A DNA stretch of 64,000 bases from an uncultured bacterium (GCA_938040325.1 CALHXW010000018.1:1540-65539), one strand, 5' to 3'. Shown: positions 9,863-27,002, counted from the first letter of the stretch. Made by a program: numbers and translations. Notes: generated from the letters alone by a model not told the origin.

Positions 9863-11448
9863 AGCGCACGCTCCTTGAGCATTCGCTCTGCCGCGAGCGC
9901 ACCTGGCGCTCCCATGATGCCACCGCCTGGGTGCGTGGCGCTGCCGCACATCCAGAGGCCCTTCACGGGCGTCCGGTAGCGCGCCCAGCCTGGGGCGGGT
10001 CGAAGGAAGAAGAGCTGCTCAAGGGAGAGCTCGCCTTGAAAGATGTTGCCTTCGCTGAGGCCGAAGTCCTTCTCGAGGTCCCATGGCGTGAGGACTTGGC
10101 GATGGAGGATCGAGTCGGTCAGCCCGGGCATGTACTCCTCGAGGGTAGCAACCACTGTGTCGCCAAAGGCCTCACGCTGGTTCTCCCAGTCCGCAGGCCC
10201 CTCGCGAAGGTCATACGGTGCATACTGGACGAAGCAGCTCATGACGTGCTTACCAGGCGGCGCAACGCTCGGGTCGGTCAGCGAGGGGATCACCACGTTG
10301 ATGTAAGGACGGCGCGAGAACTGGCCGTACTTGGCCTCATCATAGGCCGTCTCGAGGTAGTCGATGCTCGGCGCGATCGCGATGTCGCCACGAATGTGCA
10401 GGCCATCGCCCGGTCGACAGGTGAACTGCGGCAAGCGATCGAGGGCGAGGTTTACCTTCCCGGAGCTGCCGCGGTACCGGTAGCGCTTGATGTGTCCGAG
10501 GAAGTCGTCGTCGAAGTGCTTCTCGCCACACATGTCGAGGAACGTGAGCTTGGGGTCGCATGAACTGATAACGTTTTTCGCGGTGAACTCGCGCCCATCT
10601 GTCAGCGCAACGCCGGTCGCGCGCCCTCCTGAGACCGTGATCTCTGCGACAGAAGCTTCAGTCAGGATCTCGGCACCGAATGCTTGCGCAGCTCGCGCGA
10701 TCGAGAGCGAAATCCCGCCTGTCCCGCCCTTGGAGAACCCCCAAGCACGGAAGGCGCCATCGATCTCGCCCATGTAATGGTGCAGCAGCACATAGGCAGT
10801 GCCGGGCGAGCGCACCCCCTGGAACGTCCCGATGATCCCACTGACCGCCATCGGTGCCTTGAGGATGTCGGACTCAAACCACTCGTCGAGGAAGTCAGCT
10901 GAGCTCATCGTCATCATCTTGACGAAGCGGGGGAGCTCCTCGTCGTCGAGCTTCCGAATGACGTCCCCAAGCGTGCGGAACTTCATGAGCTCGAACGGAT
11001 TGAGGGAGGTCGGGTCTGGCGGGACCATGTCGATGATGGGCTTGACGGCACGCGCCATGCGTCCCATCGCCTTGCCGAAGCGCGGGTAGACCTCGGCATC
11101 ACGCTTGGAGTAGCGCGAGATCTCGCGGCGCGTTTTGTCGGCGGACGGCCACCGACAGAGTCCCGGTCCGTCCAGGTGGGGCGTAAACGAGCACTCCAAT
11201 GGCAGGATCTGGAGTCCGTGCTTGGGCAAGCCAAGGTCGCGGATGATGTGGGGGCGCAGCAGGCTCACCACATAAGAGCAGACCGAGTAGTGAAAGCCTG
11301 GGTAAAGCTCCTCCGTCACGGCGGCGCCGCCCAGTACGTAGCGTCTCTCCAAGACGAGGACCTTACGCCCCTCCTTGGCAAGGTAGGCCGCGCAAACGAG
11401 GCCGTTGTGACCGCCGCCAATAATGATTGCGTCGTAGTGTGTCGCCAT
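9859..11448 (-). CDS. FAD-dependent oxidoreductase, phytoene-desaturase (CrtI/PYROXD2-like) family, tandem paralog
   Basis: MATHYDAIIIGGGHNGLVCAAYLAKEGRKVLVLERRYVLGGAA dinucleotide-binding motif, 529 aa. Same strand and translationally coupled to the downstream paralog. Confidence 0.85.
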   Translation of the reverse strand: MATHYDAIIIGGGHNGLVCAAYLAKEGRKVLVLERRYVLGGAAVTEELYPGFHYSVCSYVVSLLRPHIIRDLGLPKHGLQILPLECSFTPHLDGPGLCRWPSADKTRREISRYSKRDAEVYPRFGKAMGRMARAVKPIIDMVPPDPTSLNPFELMKFRTLGDVIRKLDDEELPRFVKMMTMSSADFLDEWFESDILKAPMAVSGIIGTFQGVRSPGTAYVLLHHYMGEIDGAFRAWGFSKGGTGGISLSIARAAQAFGAEILTEASVAEITVSGGRATGVALTDGREFTAKNVISSCDPKLTFLDMCGEKHFDDDFLGHIKRYRYRGSSGKVNLALDRLPQFTCRPGDGLHIRGDIAIAPSIDYLETAYDEAKYGQFSRRPYINVVIPSLTDPSVAPPGKHVMSCFVQYAPYDLREGPADWENQREAFGDTVVATLEEYMPGLTDSILHRQVLTPWDLEKDFGLSEGNIFQGELSLEQLFFLRPAPGWARYRTPVKGLWMCGSATHPGGGIMGAPGALAAERMLKERAL

Positions 11449-11462
11449 GTGTGGTGCCCCTT

Positions 11463-12653
11463 TTAGGCGCGCTTGCGCGGCGGGTCGAAGAAGGGCAGGG
11501 CAGACACCACCGCAGGCACTCGGCGGCGCTCGTATTCTGCTGTGATCTCAATGTCGAGCACGGTGCCCGGACTCGCGACGTCCGCACGGACCGTCGCGAG
11601 CGCGATGTTCTTCTTCAAGATTGGTGACCACGTGCCAGAGTACGCGCGTCCCACCTGACGCGTCCCGCGGTAGACCGGGCGCAGCGACCGCCATGCCGCG
11701 GCCGGCAGGGATGGTGGAAGGTCGTACTCCGCGAAGACCTTCTCCGTTGCGACCCAGTCGATGTCGAGTCCAACGAACGCGTACTCTGAACCACGCTCAG
11801 CCTCGGCTTTCAGGGCTCGCTGACCGATAAACGGTCCGCGATCGAGCTGCACGGTCTGGCCAAGGTTCAGCTCGAACGGGGTCGACTTCTCAGCCGGCGT
11901 CAACGCGCCGTGCGCGCTTGTGTAGTCAACACCCGCGAGAACGAATCCGGACTCGACCCGACAGATATCGAGCGCGTCTAGTCCGATCGGGTAGATGCCG
12001 AACGCCTTGCCCTCTGACATCAGCAGGTCCCACAGGGCGAGCGCGTGCTTGTTGCGCACCCAGAGCTCATAGCCGAGGTCTCCTGTGTAGCCGGTCCGGG
12101 TCACGTGGCCTTTGAACCCGCCCTTGAACGTCGTCTTTTTGACGCCAAAGAACTTCAGGGCGTCGACATCGATGTCGCAGACCTGACGCAAGATATCGCG
12201 AGACGTCGGGCCTTGGAGTGCGAGGCCAGCGACGGTGTCGGTGATGTCGGTGATGGCGACATCAAAGCCCTCGGCGTGTTCTTCGAACCAATACAGGGAG
12301 GGCTCGGCAGCCGTCACGCGGTACGACTCTTTGCCGAGGCGCCAGCACGTGCCGTCATCGAGGATGTTGCCGTCGTCGTCACACCAGCAAAGGTAGGTCA
12401 CTCGGCCTCGCTTGAGACGGGCGACGCTCTTGCTGCAGACGTACGAGAGGAAGCGGCCCGCGTCCGGACCAACCACGTCGTACTTAAAGAGTGGGGTCAC
12501 GTCGAGCAGGCCGGCGGCTTGGCGAATCGCGTTGTATTCGCGCTCTGGGCTCTCGTGAAAGTGGCAAACGGCGTAGTAGCCAGACCAGTGCTTCCAGGCG
12601 TAGCTCGTACAGAGAGCCTGGAGCCGGTCGTGAAATGGAGTTGGTCGGGGCAT
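11463..12653 (-). CDS. Aminomethyltransferase (GcvT/DmdA-like folate-binding) family protein
   Basis: GcvT-family architecture and motifs (..QAAGLLDVTPLFKYDVVGPDAGRFLSYVCSKSVARLKRGRVTYLCWCDDDGNILDDG..). 396 aa, 15 nt upstream of the FAD-oxidoreductase pair on the same strand. Confidence 0.8.
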   Translation of the reverse strand: MPRPTPFHDRLQALCTSYAWKHWSGYYAVCHFHESPEREYNAIRQAAGLLDVTPLFKYDVVGPDAGRFLSYVCSKSVARLKRGRVTYLCWCDDDGNILDDGTCWRLGKESYRVTAAEPSLYWFEEHAEGFDVAITDITDTVAGLALQGPTSRDILRQVCDIDVDALKFFGVKKTTFKGGFKGHVTRTGYTGDLGYELWVRNKHALALWDLLMSEGKAFGIYPIGLDALDICRVESGFVLAGVDYTSAHGALTPAEKSTPFELNLGQTVQLDRGPFIGQRALKAEAERGSEYAFVGLDIDWVATEKVFAEYDLPPSLPAAAWRSLRPVYRGTRQVGRAYSGTWSPILKKNIALATVRADVASPGTVLDIEITAEYERRRVPAVVSALPFFDPPRKRA

Positions 12654-12717
12654 CCAGCACGCATCTCAGACCAGGCGAACGCCGTCAATCGCGCAGCGCG
12701 CATGCAACCAAACGATC

Positions 12718-12748
12718 GCCTGTTTGCGCGACCCGTTGGTCGCGAAAA
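12718..12748. promoter_or_regulatory. Palindromic operator-like sites in the divergent promoter region (cgcgacc-cgtt-ggtcgcg; tcgcga-aaacgc-tcgcga)
   Basis: A perfect 7-bp inverted repeat with a 4-nt spacer, followed by two copies of the self-complementary hexamer TCGCGA. They lie in a 195-bp intergenic region with lower GC and TTGAC-like boxes, between the divergent GcvT-like operon (-) and the acyltransferase gene (+). Confidence 0.3.
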
Positions 12749-12848
12749 CGCTCGCGATTTCGATTTCTTGGCTCTGTTGACGAGCCTTGATTGACGACAG
12801 CGTGCGAGAGAACTATTCGCATCGGCACCAGATTGTTGGAGACGCCTT

Positions 12849-13667
12849 ATGAAGTACGAACCCCTCACAAAGATCTCAGCGTGGCGACGGCTCTCGGTGG
12901 GCGTCTGGGGCCCGCATAACAGTCCCATGGCACAAGGTCTGCGGGAGCTCGACCTGACCAAGACGCTGCCCTACTTGGAGCGTGTCAGTGCCGACCTCGG
13001 TACCAAGGTCACCATCACCCACTTGATGGTCGCCGCCGTGGGCCGGATGCTCAAGCATTACCCCGACTACAACATCATCTTGCGCCGCAACCGGCCCTTC
13101 AAGCGCGAGAGCATCGACGTCTTCGTCCAGGTCGCGGTCAAAGGCGACGACGGCAAAGCCGATCTCAGCGGCATCAAGATTCGCTCGTGCGACACGGCGA
13201 AACTCGGCGAGATCATGGCGCAGGTCCAAAAGCGAGCGGACGCCGTTCGTCGCGGGATGGACAAAGACATCGAGTCGGCCAAGTCTGCGTTGCGCGTCGT
13301 GCCACCAAGCGTCCTGCCCATGATGATCAAGACACTAACGTCGCTGAGCTACGACTTTGGGCTCAACCTCACAAAGCTCGGCATCAAGCCGGACCCCTTT
13401 GGCAGCGCCATGGTGACCAACGTGGGGTCGTTTGGGATTCCGCATGCGCTGGTGCCGCTGATGCCGACGAGCCGCGTGCCAATCCTGTTCTGTATGGGAC
13501 AGGTGCATGACCGGCCCCGCGTGATCAAGGGCAAGGTCAAGGTCGTCCCGAGCCTGTTGCTGACGGGGAGCTTCGATCACCGACTCTTCGACGGCTTTCA
13601 GATCGGTCGCATGACGACCATGGTCGACGAGATCACGACGAACCCTGACGACTACGACCTGTTCTAA
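12849..13667 (+). CDS. 2-oxoacid dehydrogenase acyltransferase (E2) catalytic-domain-only protein
   Basis: C-terminal catalytic motif SFDHRLFDG (DHRxxDG active-site His) and CAT-like fold length (272 aa). No lipoyl or E1/E3-binding domains. Confidence 0.7.
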   Translation: MKYEPLTKISAWRRLSVGVWGPHNSPMAQGLRELDLTKTLPYLERVSADLGTKVTITHLMVAAVGRMLKHYPDYNIILRRNRPFKRESIDVFVQVAVKGDDGKADLSGIKIRSCDTAKLGEIMAQVQKRADAVRRGMDKDIESAKSALRVVPPSVLPMMIKTLTSLSYDFGLNLTKLGIKPDPFGSAMVTNVGSFGIPHALVPLMPTSRVPILFCMGQVHDRPRVIKGKVKVVPSLLLTGSFDHRLFDGFQIGRMTTMVDEITTNPDDYDLF

Positions 13668-13727
13668 AGCACCGAACAGGTTAACCGCACGTTGCTAGCC
13701 CGGCGGCTCTCCCAAAGGAACTCGGCG

Positions 13728-14192
13728 CTACGCGTCGGTGGCCGTTTGCGCCGCGGTGTAGCTCGTTTCTGCGTGGCGCCGCCACTGCTTGAGCATGTTT
13801 GGCAGTGCAAGCTTTACGACGCCGTTGATGAACGTCTTCGGCAGAAAGAGCTTCGCGGCCAGCTCGTTCCAGTAGGTGACGCGTGTCGTCTGGGCGTCAA
13901 TCGCCTCAAGTCGCCAGCCACCATCGTTCTGCGCAAGGGTTGAGCTGTCGACAAGGGTCCAGCTGACCTCCGTGTCGCTCGCGAGCACGAACGCCAGCCG
14001 GTAGTCAAAGCGCCGTCGCAGCACTTTGACGGTGAAGAGCGCGGTGACGTTGTCTCCGTCGCGCTCTTCGATGACCGCCGTCTCCACATCTTTTGAGAAC
14101 GTTGGGTAAGCCTCGAAGTCGCAGATGATGTCGTAGAAGAACGCCAGCGGAACGTTCACATCGATGGTCTTTTCAGCTTGGGCCACATTCAC
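13728..14192 (-). CDS. SRPBCC (START/Bet v1-like, polyketide-cyclase-like) family protein
   Basis: 154 aa. The pattern of strands and a long C-terminal helix is typical of SRPBCC ligand-binding proteins. Weak assignment. Confidence 0.5.
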   Translation of the reverse strand: MNVAQAEKTIDVNVPLAFFYDIICDFEAYPTFSKDVETAVIEERDGDNVTALFTVKVLRRRFDYRLAFVLASDTEVSWTLVDSSTLAQNDGGWRLEAIDAQTTRVTYWNELAAKLFLPKTFINGVVKLALPNMLKQWRRHAETSYTAAQTATDA

Positions 14193-14466
14193 TCCTCAAC
14201 AATCGGGCGCACTATGGCCACGCCGGCGCTCGTCGGCAACTATCCCTCGCGCTGTTTGGAAGGGTTCGTTTGTATCCGAACCTCGGCCGCCGCCCACACG
14301 GAGAGGCTTTGTAGGCGACGGACGCGTCACGGTGCGGTTGACTTCCGAGCACGGGCGCGAGAGTCGTCGGTTATGTGGCGCGCGAGATCCATCCCTCAAC
14401 CCGGGGCCCATTGTAGTCGCTTCAACGTCGCGTACGGTGTGCGCTGCGCGCGGAGCGGAGCCTTGC

Positions 14467-17400
14467 ATGGGCGGTGATGCCCGTGCTGCGCTCTTAGACG
14501 CTGGTCGCAGGCTCTTGCTGCGGAGCCCGCGGGACGCGCAACTCGCGCTGGTCGATGCAGCCCGAGATGCTGATGTTGGCCCGGCGACCGCGTCGGCACT
14601 CGCCGAGCTCGACCGCGGACACTTTGCTGACACCCTTGGGCACTTCCTCGCCAGCGAAGCCCTCATCGACTGGCTGGTCACGAACGTCGGCGGCAACGAG
14701 GCTCGGCGCCTAGCAGCCTGGGTCGGCGGACTTGGGCGTGCATCTGATGCAGACCTCTACCCGCGGATGCCACGGCACGCACTACAGGCGTGGGCTGAGG
14801 CCCACGACGTCGCGACCTGGCTCAGCATCCCGGCGCGCGCGCTGCCCTCCGCCCGGACGAGCCTTGTGTCTGCCTACCGTCACACGATAGGCTCCGTCAT
14901 CGCGAGTGCCGGCAGTCACGAGCCGATCGCAGACGCAGTCGCCGAGGAGGCCATTGCGACGCTGCAGGCTCAAGCCGACGACGTCCGACAGGCGCTCGCT
15001 GAAGAGCGGCGGCGAGGGACTCGGCCCGATGCGACCGGACTGTTGGCGCTGCGCGACGAGCTCAGAGCCCATGCGCTGCCGCGGCGACTCACCGATCGCA
15101 GCCGTGCCGAAGCGAGCGTCTCAGGTGCTCCCGCGGTCTTCCGCTATCGCGAGCAGATGGTCGCGTGGTGTGGCGGTGGAAAGACCGCACCGGCGGTTGA
15201 GGTTCGGCTCGACAGCGGCATGCCAAGTGTCTCCTGCGACTGCGCGCGGCCTGCACCTGGCGGTTGCCGACTGCGATTGGCAGCGGTGGACCGCTGTCTG
15301 GATGCCCTCTCCGACGCTGACGACCCGTTCCACCAGCCACTCTCCAGTGCGCTCGAACGGACCCCGTGGGAGCGCTCGCTGAGCGCACTCGACACGGTCG
15401 TCGCGGGCCTGGCTCAGGTTGAGCTCCCTTGGGATCTCAGCCGTCAGAGCTTTGGCTGGCGACTTCGTCGGAGAAAGAAGGAAGGGCTGCTTCTTGAGCC
15501 TGTCGCGGTGGAGACTCGAGGCCGCCGCGTCGGCTTGACCCTGGTTCCTTGGCAGTCCCTTGCGCCCGTGGCAGATCGCCTCCCGCTGCCGGCAGACCGT
15601 CGCGTGTGGTGGTTGCTCAACGCCCAGGACAGCCGCGGATCGCTTGCACCAACCTTCGGTCTGTCGCGGGTGCACCGCGCCTTCGAGGCGCTGGTCGGGC
15701 ACCCCCACGTTTATCTGGCCGGTCGAGACGGCGGGTCACGGGTGGATGTCGTCGACAGCACGCTAGGGCTCGGCATCCGCCCAGGGGATGATGGGGCGCT
15801 GACACTCAGTATTGAAGACTCAGCGGGCGGCGTGGTCTTGTCGGCGGCTCACGCAGAGGCAAGGGTACGGCGTGACGCTCGCCATGGCCGCATCTTGCTC
15901 GTCGACGACGCTTCTCGCATCTGTACCCTTGCGACGGTCCCAGCTGCGCTGCCAAAGCTTATCGAGTGGATGCTGTCGCGTGGTGATGTGCTGCCAAGCG
16001 ATGCGCTCATTCCACTCGCTCAGCGGCTGAACGCGTTGACATCGGTGATGCCGGTCGCGCTCGACCCCGGATTCGTCTCCGAACGCCGGGCTGGAAACGT
16101 CACGCCGACACTCACGCTGTGGCTCTCAGGCGATGACCCTGCAACACCCCGGCTACACGCCGAGCTCCGCGTCAAGCCTGGCACGGGATTGTTGCAGTTT
16201 CGACCAGGAGTCGGTCCGCAAGAACTCTATGACGTCACCGACCGCATCGTTGTTGTCGAGCGTGCGCACATGAGAGAGCGGGCGGCAGCTGAGGCGATCC
16301 TGTCGCATCTTGGGCTTGCGCCAACCGACGCTTACAGCTGGCAGCTCGACGGCGTCGAGCCCGTGCTCGCGCTCGTCTCTGCGGTCGCCGACTTGGCCAG
16401 CTCGGGGGCCGAGCTCTCTGTGGCGTGGGGGTCGCCACGGCGTGCAACCCTTCGGCGTCCTGCCGCTGACCGCATGCGGCTTCAGGCCACCGGTGCGGGA
16501 CTGGCAGGCTGGCTCGGCGATGAAGGTCGCGTTCCACTGGAGCAGCTGCTCGGAGCCGTGTCGGATGGTCGCCGCTTTGTGCGGCTCGAAGGCGACGACT
16601 GGCTTGAGATTCCCGCCGCTCTTCAAGCGGCGCTGCACGCGCTCGCGCCCCTCTCTGCCGACGGCGTGCTGCCGGCGCATCCAGGCGTCGCGCAAGCATT
16701 CGTCGCTGCCGGCGCGTCCAGCGACGAGGCGTTCGCCAAGCTAGCCGAACAGGCCCGCCACGCCGTGCCGCACGCGGAGGCACCCAAGGCGCTAGCCGCC
16801 ACGCTTCGGCCCTATCAGGCTGCCGGCTTCAGCTGGTTGCTCGCACGCGCAAGCTGGTCAACAGGGGCGTGCCTTGCTGACGATATGGGGCTTGGTAAGA
16901 CACTGCAGGCGATCGCGCTTGTTGCGGCTCGCGGCGGGACCACGTTGGTGCTGTCGCCCAGCTCGGTGACCTTCAACTGGGAACGCGAAGTCAGCCGGTT
17001 TTTCCCGACGGCGCGCTGCTACCGCGCGGCTTCGGCGACGGAGCTTCGGCACGCACTGACCGCGATGGCCACCGCCGAGGGCGATCCGTCTGGCGGCGAG
17101 GACCCAGCGAGCAGCCAGCTCCTCATCACAAGCTACGGGCTTGCTGTCCGCCATCTGGCAGCCCTCGACGCGGGACTGCCGCTGAAGACCGTCGTGCTTG
17201 ATGAGGCCCATGTTCTCAAGAACGTGTCGACGAAGCGGTACCGGGCCGTTGCTGAGCTTGTCACGCGTGCACGCAAGCACCACGGCGCGTTTGTCTTGGC
17301 GCTCACCGGTACGCCTGTCGAAAACCGCGCGATGGAGCTCTTCAGTCTCTACTCGCTCATTTCCCCAGGCCTTCTTGGAGATCAGCCAGGATTCGAGCGT

Positions 17401-18225
17401 CGTTTCGCGCGCCCGATCGAGCGTGGAGACGATGCGAACGCGCGGGCCGCGCTCGCCATGTTGGTCAAGCCGCTCATGCTGCGCCGTACGAAGGGGGAGG
17501 TGTTGACCGACCTCCCGGACCGGATCGACTCGTGGGTCGAGGTCGATCTGGACCCACGCTCAGCCGACGTCTATCGCGCCGTCAGGGCTGCGGCTTTGAC
17601 GTCTGTCGATGACGCGTCGGGAGGGGCCATTGCCGTGTTGGCGGCCCTTACGCGTCTCCGCCTCGTCGCGATCGACGCATCGTTAGACCCGCTTGGTAGC
17701 GACATTGAGCCTGGTGCGTCGCCCAAGCTTGAGCGGCTCGCTGAGACGCTGGTGACGCTCTGCGAACGCGGCCATCGCGCTCTGGTCTTTAGCCAGTTCA
17801 CACGCGTGCTCGATCGGGTTGAGGGCCGCCTTGAGGACGAGGGACTCACAACCGTTCGCCTCGATGGCTCCACGGCAATGGCCGCCCGCAGTGATCGCGT
17901 CGACCGTTTCCAGCGTGGCGAGGCCGATGTGTTCTTGGTCTCGCTTCGGGCCGGTGGTGTGGGGCTGAACCTGACGGCGGCTGACTACGTGATCCACTTG
18001 GACCCATGGTGGAACCCAGCCGTGGAGGACCAGGCGACTGATCGGGCACACCGGATCGGCCAGACGCGTCCCGTCAACGTGCTGCGCTTCGTCGCTCGCG
18101 GCACGATCGAGGAGAAAATCTTCGAGCTGCACGAGCGCAAGAGAGCGCTTGCCGCCGAGCTCCTCAATGGCGAGGTCAGCGACGCGGTCGGCATCGAGAT
18201 GTTGCGAGCGTGGCTCCGCTCCTGA
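14467..18225 (+). CDS. SNF2-family helicase/ATPase with SWIM-type zinc finger and long N-terminal region
   Basis: SNF2_N motifs GACLADDMGLGKTLQAIALV (motif I), LDEAHVLKN (DEAH box), helicase-C block (LVFSQFT..GGVGLNLTAADYVIHLDPWWNP..QATDRAHRIGQTRPV). A Cys cluster VSCDCARPAPGGCRL is SWIM-like. Start set to ATG 14467, because the track start (14164) overlaps the upstream convergent gene. Confidence 0.85.
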   Translation: MGGDARAALLDAGRRLLLRSPRDAQLALVDAARDADVGPATASALAELDRGHFADTLGHFLASEALIDWLVTNVGGNEARRLAAWVGGLGRASDADLYPRMPRHALQAWAEAHDVATWLSIPARALPSARTSLVSAYRHTIGSVIASAGSHEPIADAVAEEAIATLQAQADDVRQALAEERRRGTRPDATGLLALRDELRAHALPRRLTDRSRAEASVSGAPAVFRYREQMVAWCGGGKTAPAVEVRLDSGMPSVSCDCARPAPGGCRLRLAAVDRCLDALSDADDPFHQPLSSALERTPWERSLSALDTVVAGLAQVELPWDLSRQSFGWRLRRRKKEGLLLEPVAVETRGRRVGLTLVPWQSLAPVADRLPLPADRRVWWLLNAQDSRGSLAPTFGLSRVHRAFEALVGHPHVYLAGRDGGSRVDVVDSTLGLGIRPGDDGALTLSIEDSAGGVVLSAAHAEARVRRDARHGRILLVDDASRICTLATVPAALPKLIEWMLSRGDVLPSDALIPLAQRLNALTSVMPVALDPGFVSERRAGNVTPTLTLWLSGDDPATPRLHAELRVKPGTGLLQFRPGVGPQELYDVTDRIVVVERAHMRERAAAEAILSHLGLAPTDAYSWQLDGVEPVLALVSAVADLASSGAELSVAWGSPRRATLRRPAADRMRLQATGAGLAGWLGDEGRVPLEQLLGAVSDGRRFVRLEGDDWLEIPAALQAALHALAPLSADGVLPAHPGVAQAFVAAGASSDEAFAKLAEQARHAVPHAEAPKALAATLRPYQAAGFSWLLARASWSTGACLADDMGLGKTLQAIALVAARGGTTLVLSPSSVTFNWEREVSRFFPTARCYRAASATELRHALTAMATAEGDPSGGEDPASSQLLITSYGLAVRHLAALDAGLPLKTVVLDEAHVLKNVSTKRYRAVAELVTRARKHHGAFVLALTGTPVENRAMELFSLYSLISPGLLGDQPGFERRFARPIERGDDANARAALAMLVKPLMLRRTKGEVLTDLPDRIDSWVEVDLDPRSADVYRAVRAAALTSVDDASGGAIAVLAALTRLRLVAIDASLDPLGSDIEPGASPKLERLAETLVTLCERGHRALVFSQFTRVLDRVEGRLEDEGLTTVRLDGSTAMAARSDRVDRFQRGEADVFLVSLRAGGVGLNLTAADYVIHLDPWWNPAVEDQATDRAHRIGQTRPVNVLRFVARGTIEEKIFELHERKRALAAELLNGEVSDAVGIEMLRAWLRS

Positions 18226-18307
18226 ACATCCGGCTTGCGCTCGTTCACGGCACACGGCGGCCCAGGCTCGCTTCCGTCGCGGCGGGGGACCGCGTATCGT
18301 AGACGCC

Positions 18308-19534
18308 ATGGCAACACACTCAACAACGTCTCTGATCGAGGGCTACATCGCCCCAGGGTTCGGTCCCGTCGCCGATGCGATGGTCGCCAACTTGAAGAAG
18401 CGCCGCGAGCTTGGCGCATCGCTTTGTGTCTACGAGCAAGGCGAGAAGGTCATTGACGCGTGGTGCGGGTTGGCCGACCGAGAGGCCAACAGACCTTGGG
18501 TCGAAGACACCCTCTGCGTGATGTTCTCAGCGACCAAGGGCCTTGCCGCCATGGTGGTGCTCGATCTCGCTCAGCAGGGCGTGGTCGACTACGACGCCCC
18601 GGTTGCCACCTACTGGCCCGAGTTCGCGCAGGCCGGTAAAGAAGGCATCACGGTGCGGATGCTAATGAACCACCAGGCGGGGCTGCATGGCTTGTCCGAG
18701 CCGCTCACGCTCGACGACATCGCGTCGGGCCGAGCCGCGGCCATCCTAGAGCGGCAGTCACCACTGTGGGAGCCTGGCGCGGAGCAGGGATACCACGCCG
18801 TGACCTATGGGCTCTACGTCGCAGAGCTGGTCGCGCGGGCGACCGGTGGCACAAGCGTCGGGCAATACTTCAAGACCATGTGGCCCGACGTTGACGCCTA
18901 TATCGGTGTGACCGCCGCGGCTGAGCCAAGGTTGGCGTCGCTCTACCCAGCGACCACCGCCGACAAGCTCCTGCGGATCGCTCCCCGGTTCTTTGGTCAC
19001 TTCGGTACCGAGGGCCGAGTCTATAGAGCCGCAGTCCGCAAGCGGAGCGCGACAGGCCGGGCGTTCGGCGTCCCCACTGACCTGCCACCCACGCAGGTCG
19101 CGCGCTACGGCTCTGTCGAGCTGCTCCGGATGGAGCTGCCATGGGGCAACGGTGTCGGGAACGGACGGGCTCTCGCAACGGTCTACGGTGACATGATCGG
19201 GGTCAGCGGGCGTGAGCGGCGGTTTTCGTCCGACGTGGTCGCACCCATCTATGACCGGCAGTCGTGGCAGGCGCGCGACAATGTGCTCCGCAAGCCGCTG
19301 GGGTGGTCCCAAGGGTTCCTCAAAGAGGAAACGCGTCTCTTCTGTCCGTCCCCGGCCTCTTTCGGCCACGCCGGTGCAGGCGGCTCGCTCGGCTGGGCCG
19401 ACCCGGACAATGGCATCGCCTTCGGCTACGTGATGAACCGGATGGACTTCCGCGTGCGCTCGCCGCGCGTCCTGGCGCTCTGCCATGCCCTCTATGGGGT
19501 GGTGAGCGGCCGAGGCCGCGCGACCGGGCCCTGA
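18308..19534 (+). CDS. Serine hydrolase, class C beta-lactamase/esterase family
   Basis: S-x-x-K active-site motif (FSATKGLAAMVV), YxN-like segment, ~408 aa. Start at ATG 18308; the upstream extension overlaps the SNF2 gene's 3' end. Confidence 0.85.
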   Translation: MATHSTTSLIEGYIAPGFGPVADAMVANLKKRRELGASLCVYEQGEKVIDAWCGLADREANRPWVEDTLCVMFSATKGLAAMVVLDLAQQGVVDYDAPVATYWPEFAQAGKEGITVRMLMNHQAGLHGLSEPLTLDDIASGRAAAILERQSPLWEPGAEQGYHAVTYGLYVAELVARATGGTSVGQYFKTMWPDVDAYIGVTAAAEPRLASLYPATTADKLLRIAPRFFGHFGTEGRVYRAAVRKRSATGRAFGVPTDLPPTQVARYGSVELLRMELPWGNGVGNGRALATVYGDMIGVSGRERRFSSDVVAPIYDRQSWQARDNVLRKPLGWSQGFLKEETRLFCPSPASFGHAGAGGSLGWADPDNGIAFGYVMNRMDFRVRSPRVLALCHALYGVVSGRGRATGP

Positions 19535-19545
19535 CTGAGCTCGCT

Positions 19546-19628
19546 CACCCGAACTCGACGATGCTCGCAGCACCTTCGTTCGGCCGACACCGCTGCGCAT
19601 CGCCTTCGCTTCGCTCGAAAAGAGCGAG

Positions 19629-19632
<4 letters not shown>
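19546..19632. repeat. ~90-nt intergenic repeat, copy A (second copy at 43069-43160)
   Basis: gctcgctcacccgaActcgacgatgctcgcag...ccttcgcTtcgctcgaaaaGagcg is ~85% identical to 43069-43160. It ends in a perfect hairpin (tcgctc gaaaa gagcga). It sits between convergent genes (beta-lactamase-family +, giant adhesin -). Confidence 0.6.

Positions 19633-27002
<7,370 letters not shown>

Noticed and set aside
14164-14466. Track start of the SNF2 ORF at 14164
   Set aside because: It overlaps the convergent SRPBCC gene by 29 nt, and its N-terminus is Arg/Pro-rich junk. The first plausible start is ATG 14467.
16153-16783. Minus-strand ORFs 16153-16695 and 16235-16783 encoding Arg-rich peptides
   Set aside because: They are antisense to the SNF2 helicase coding region and are typical GC-rich artefacts.
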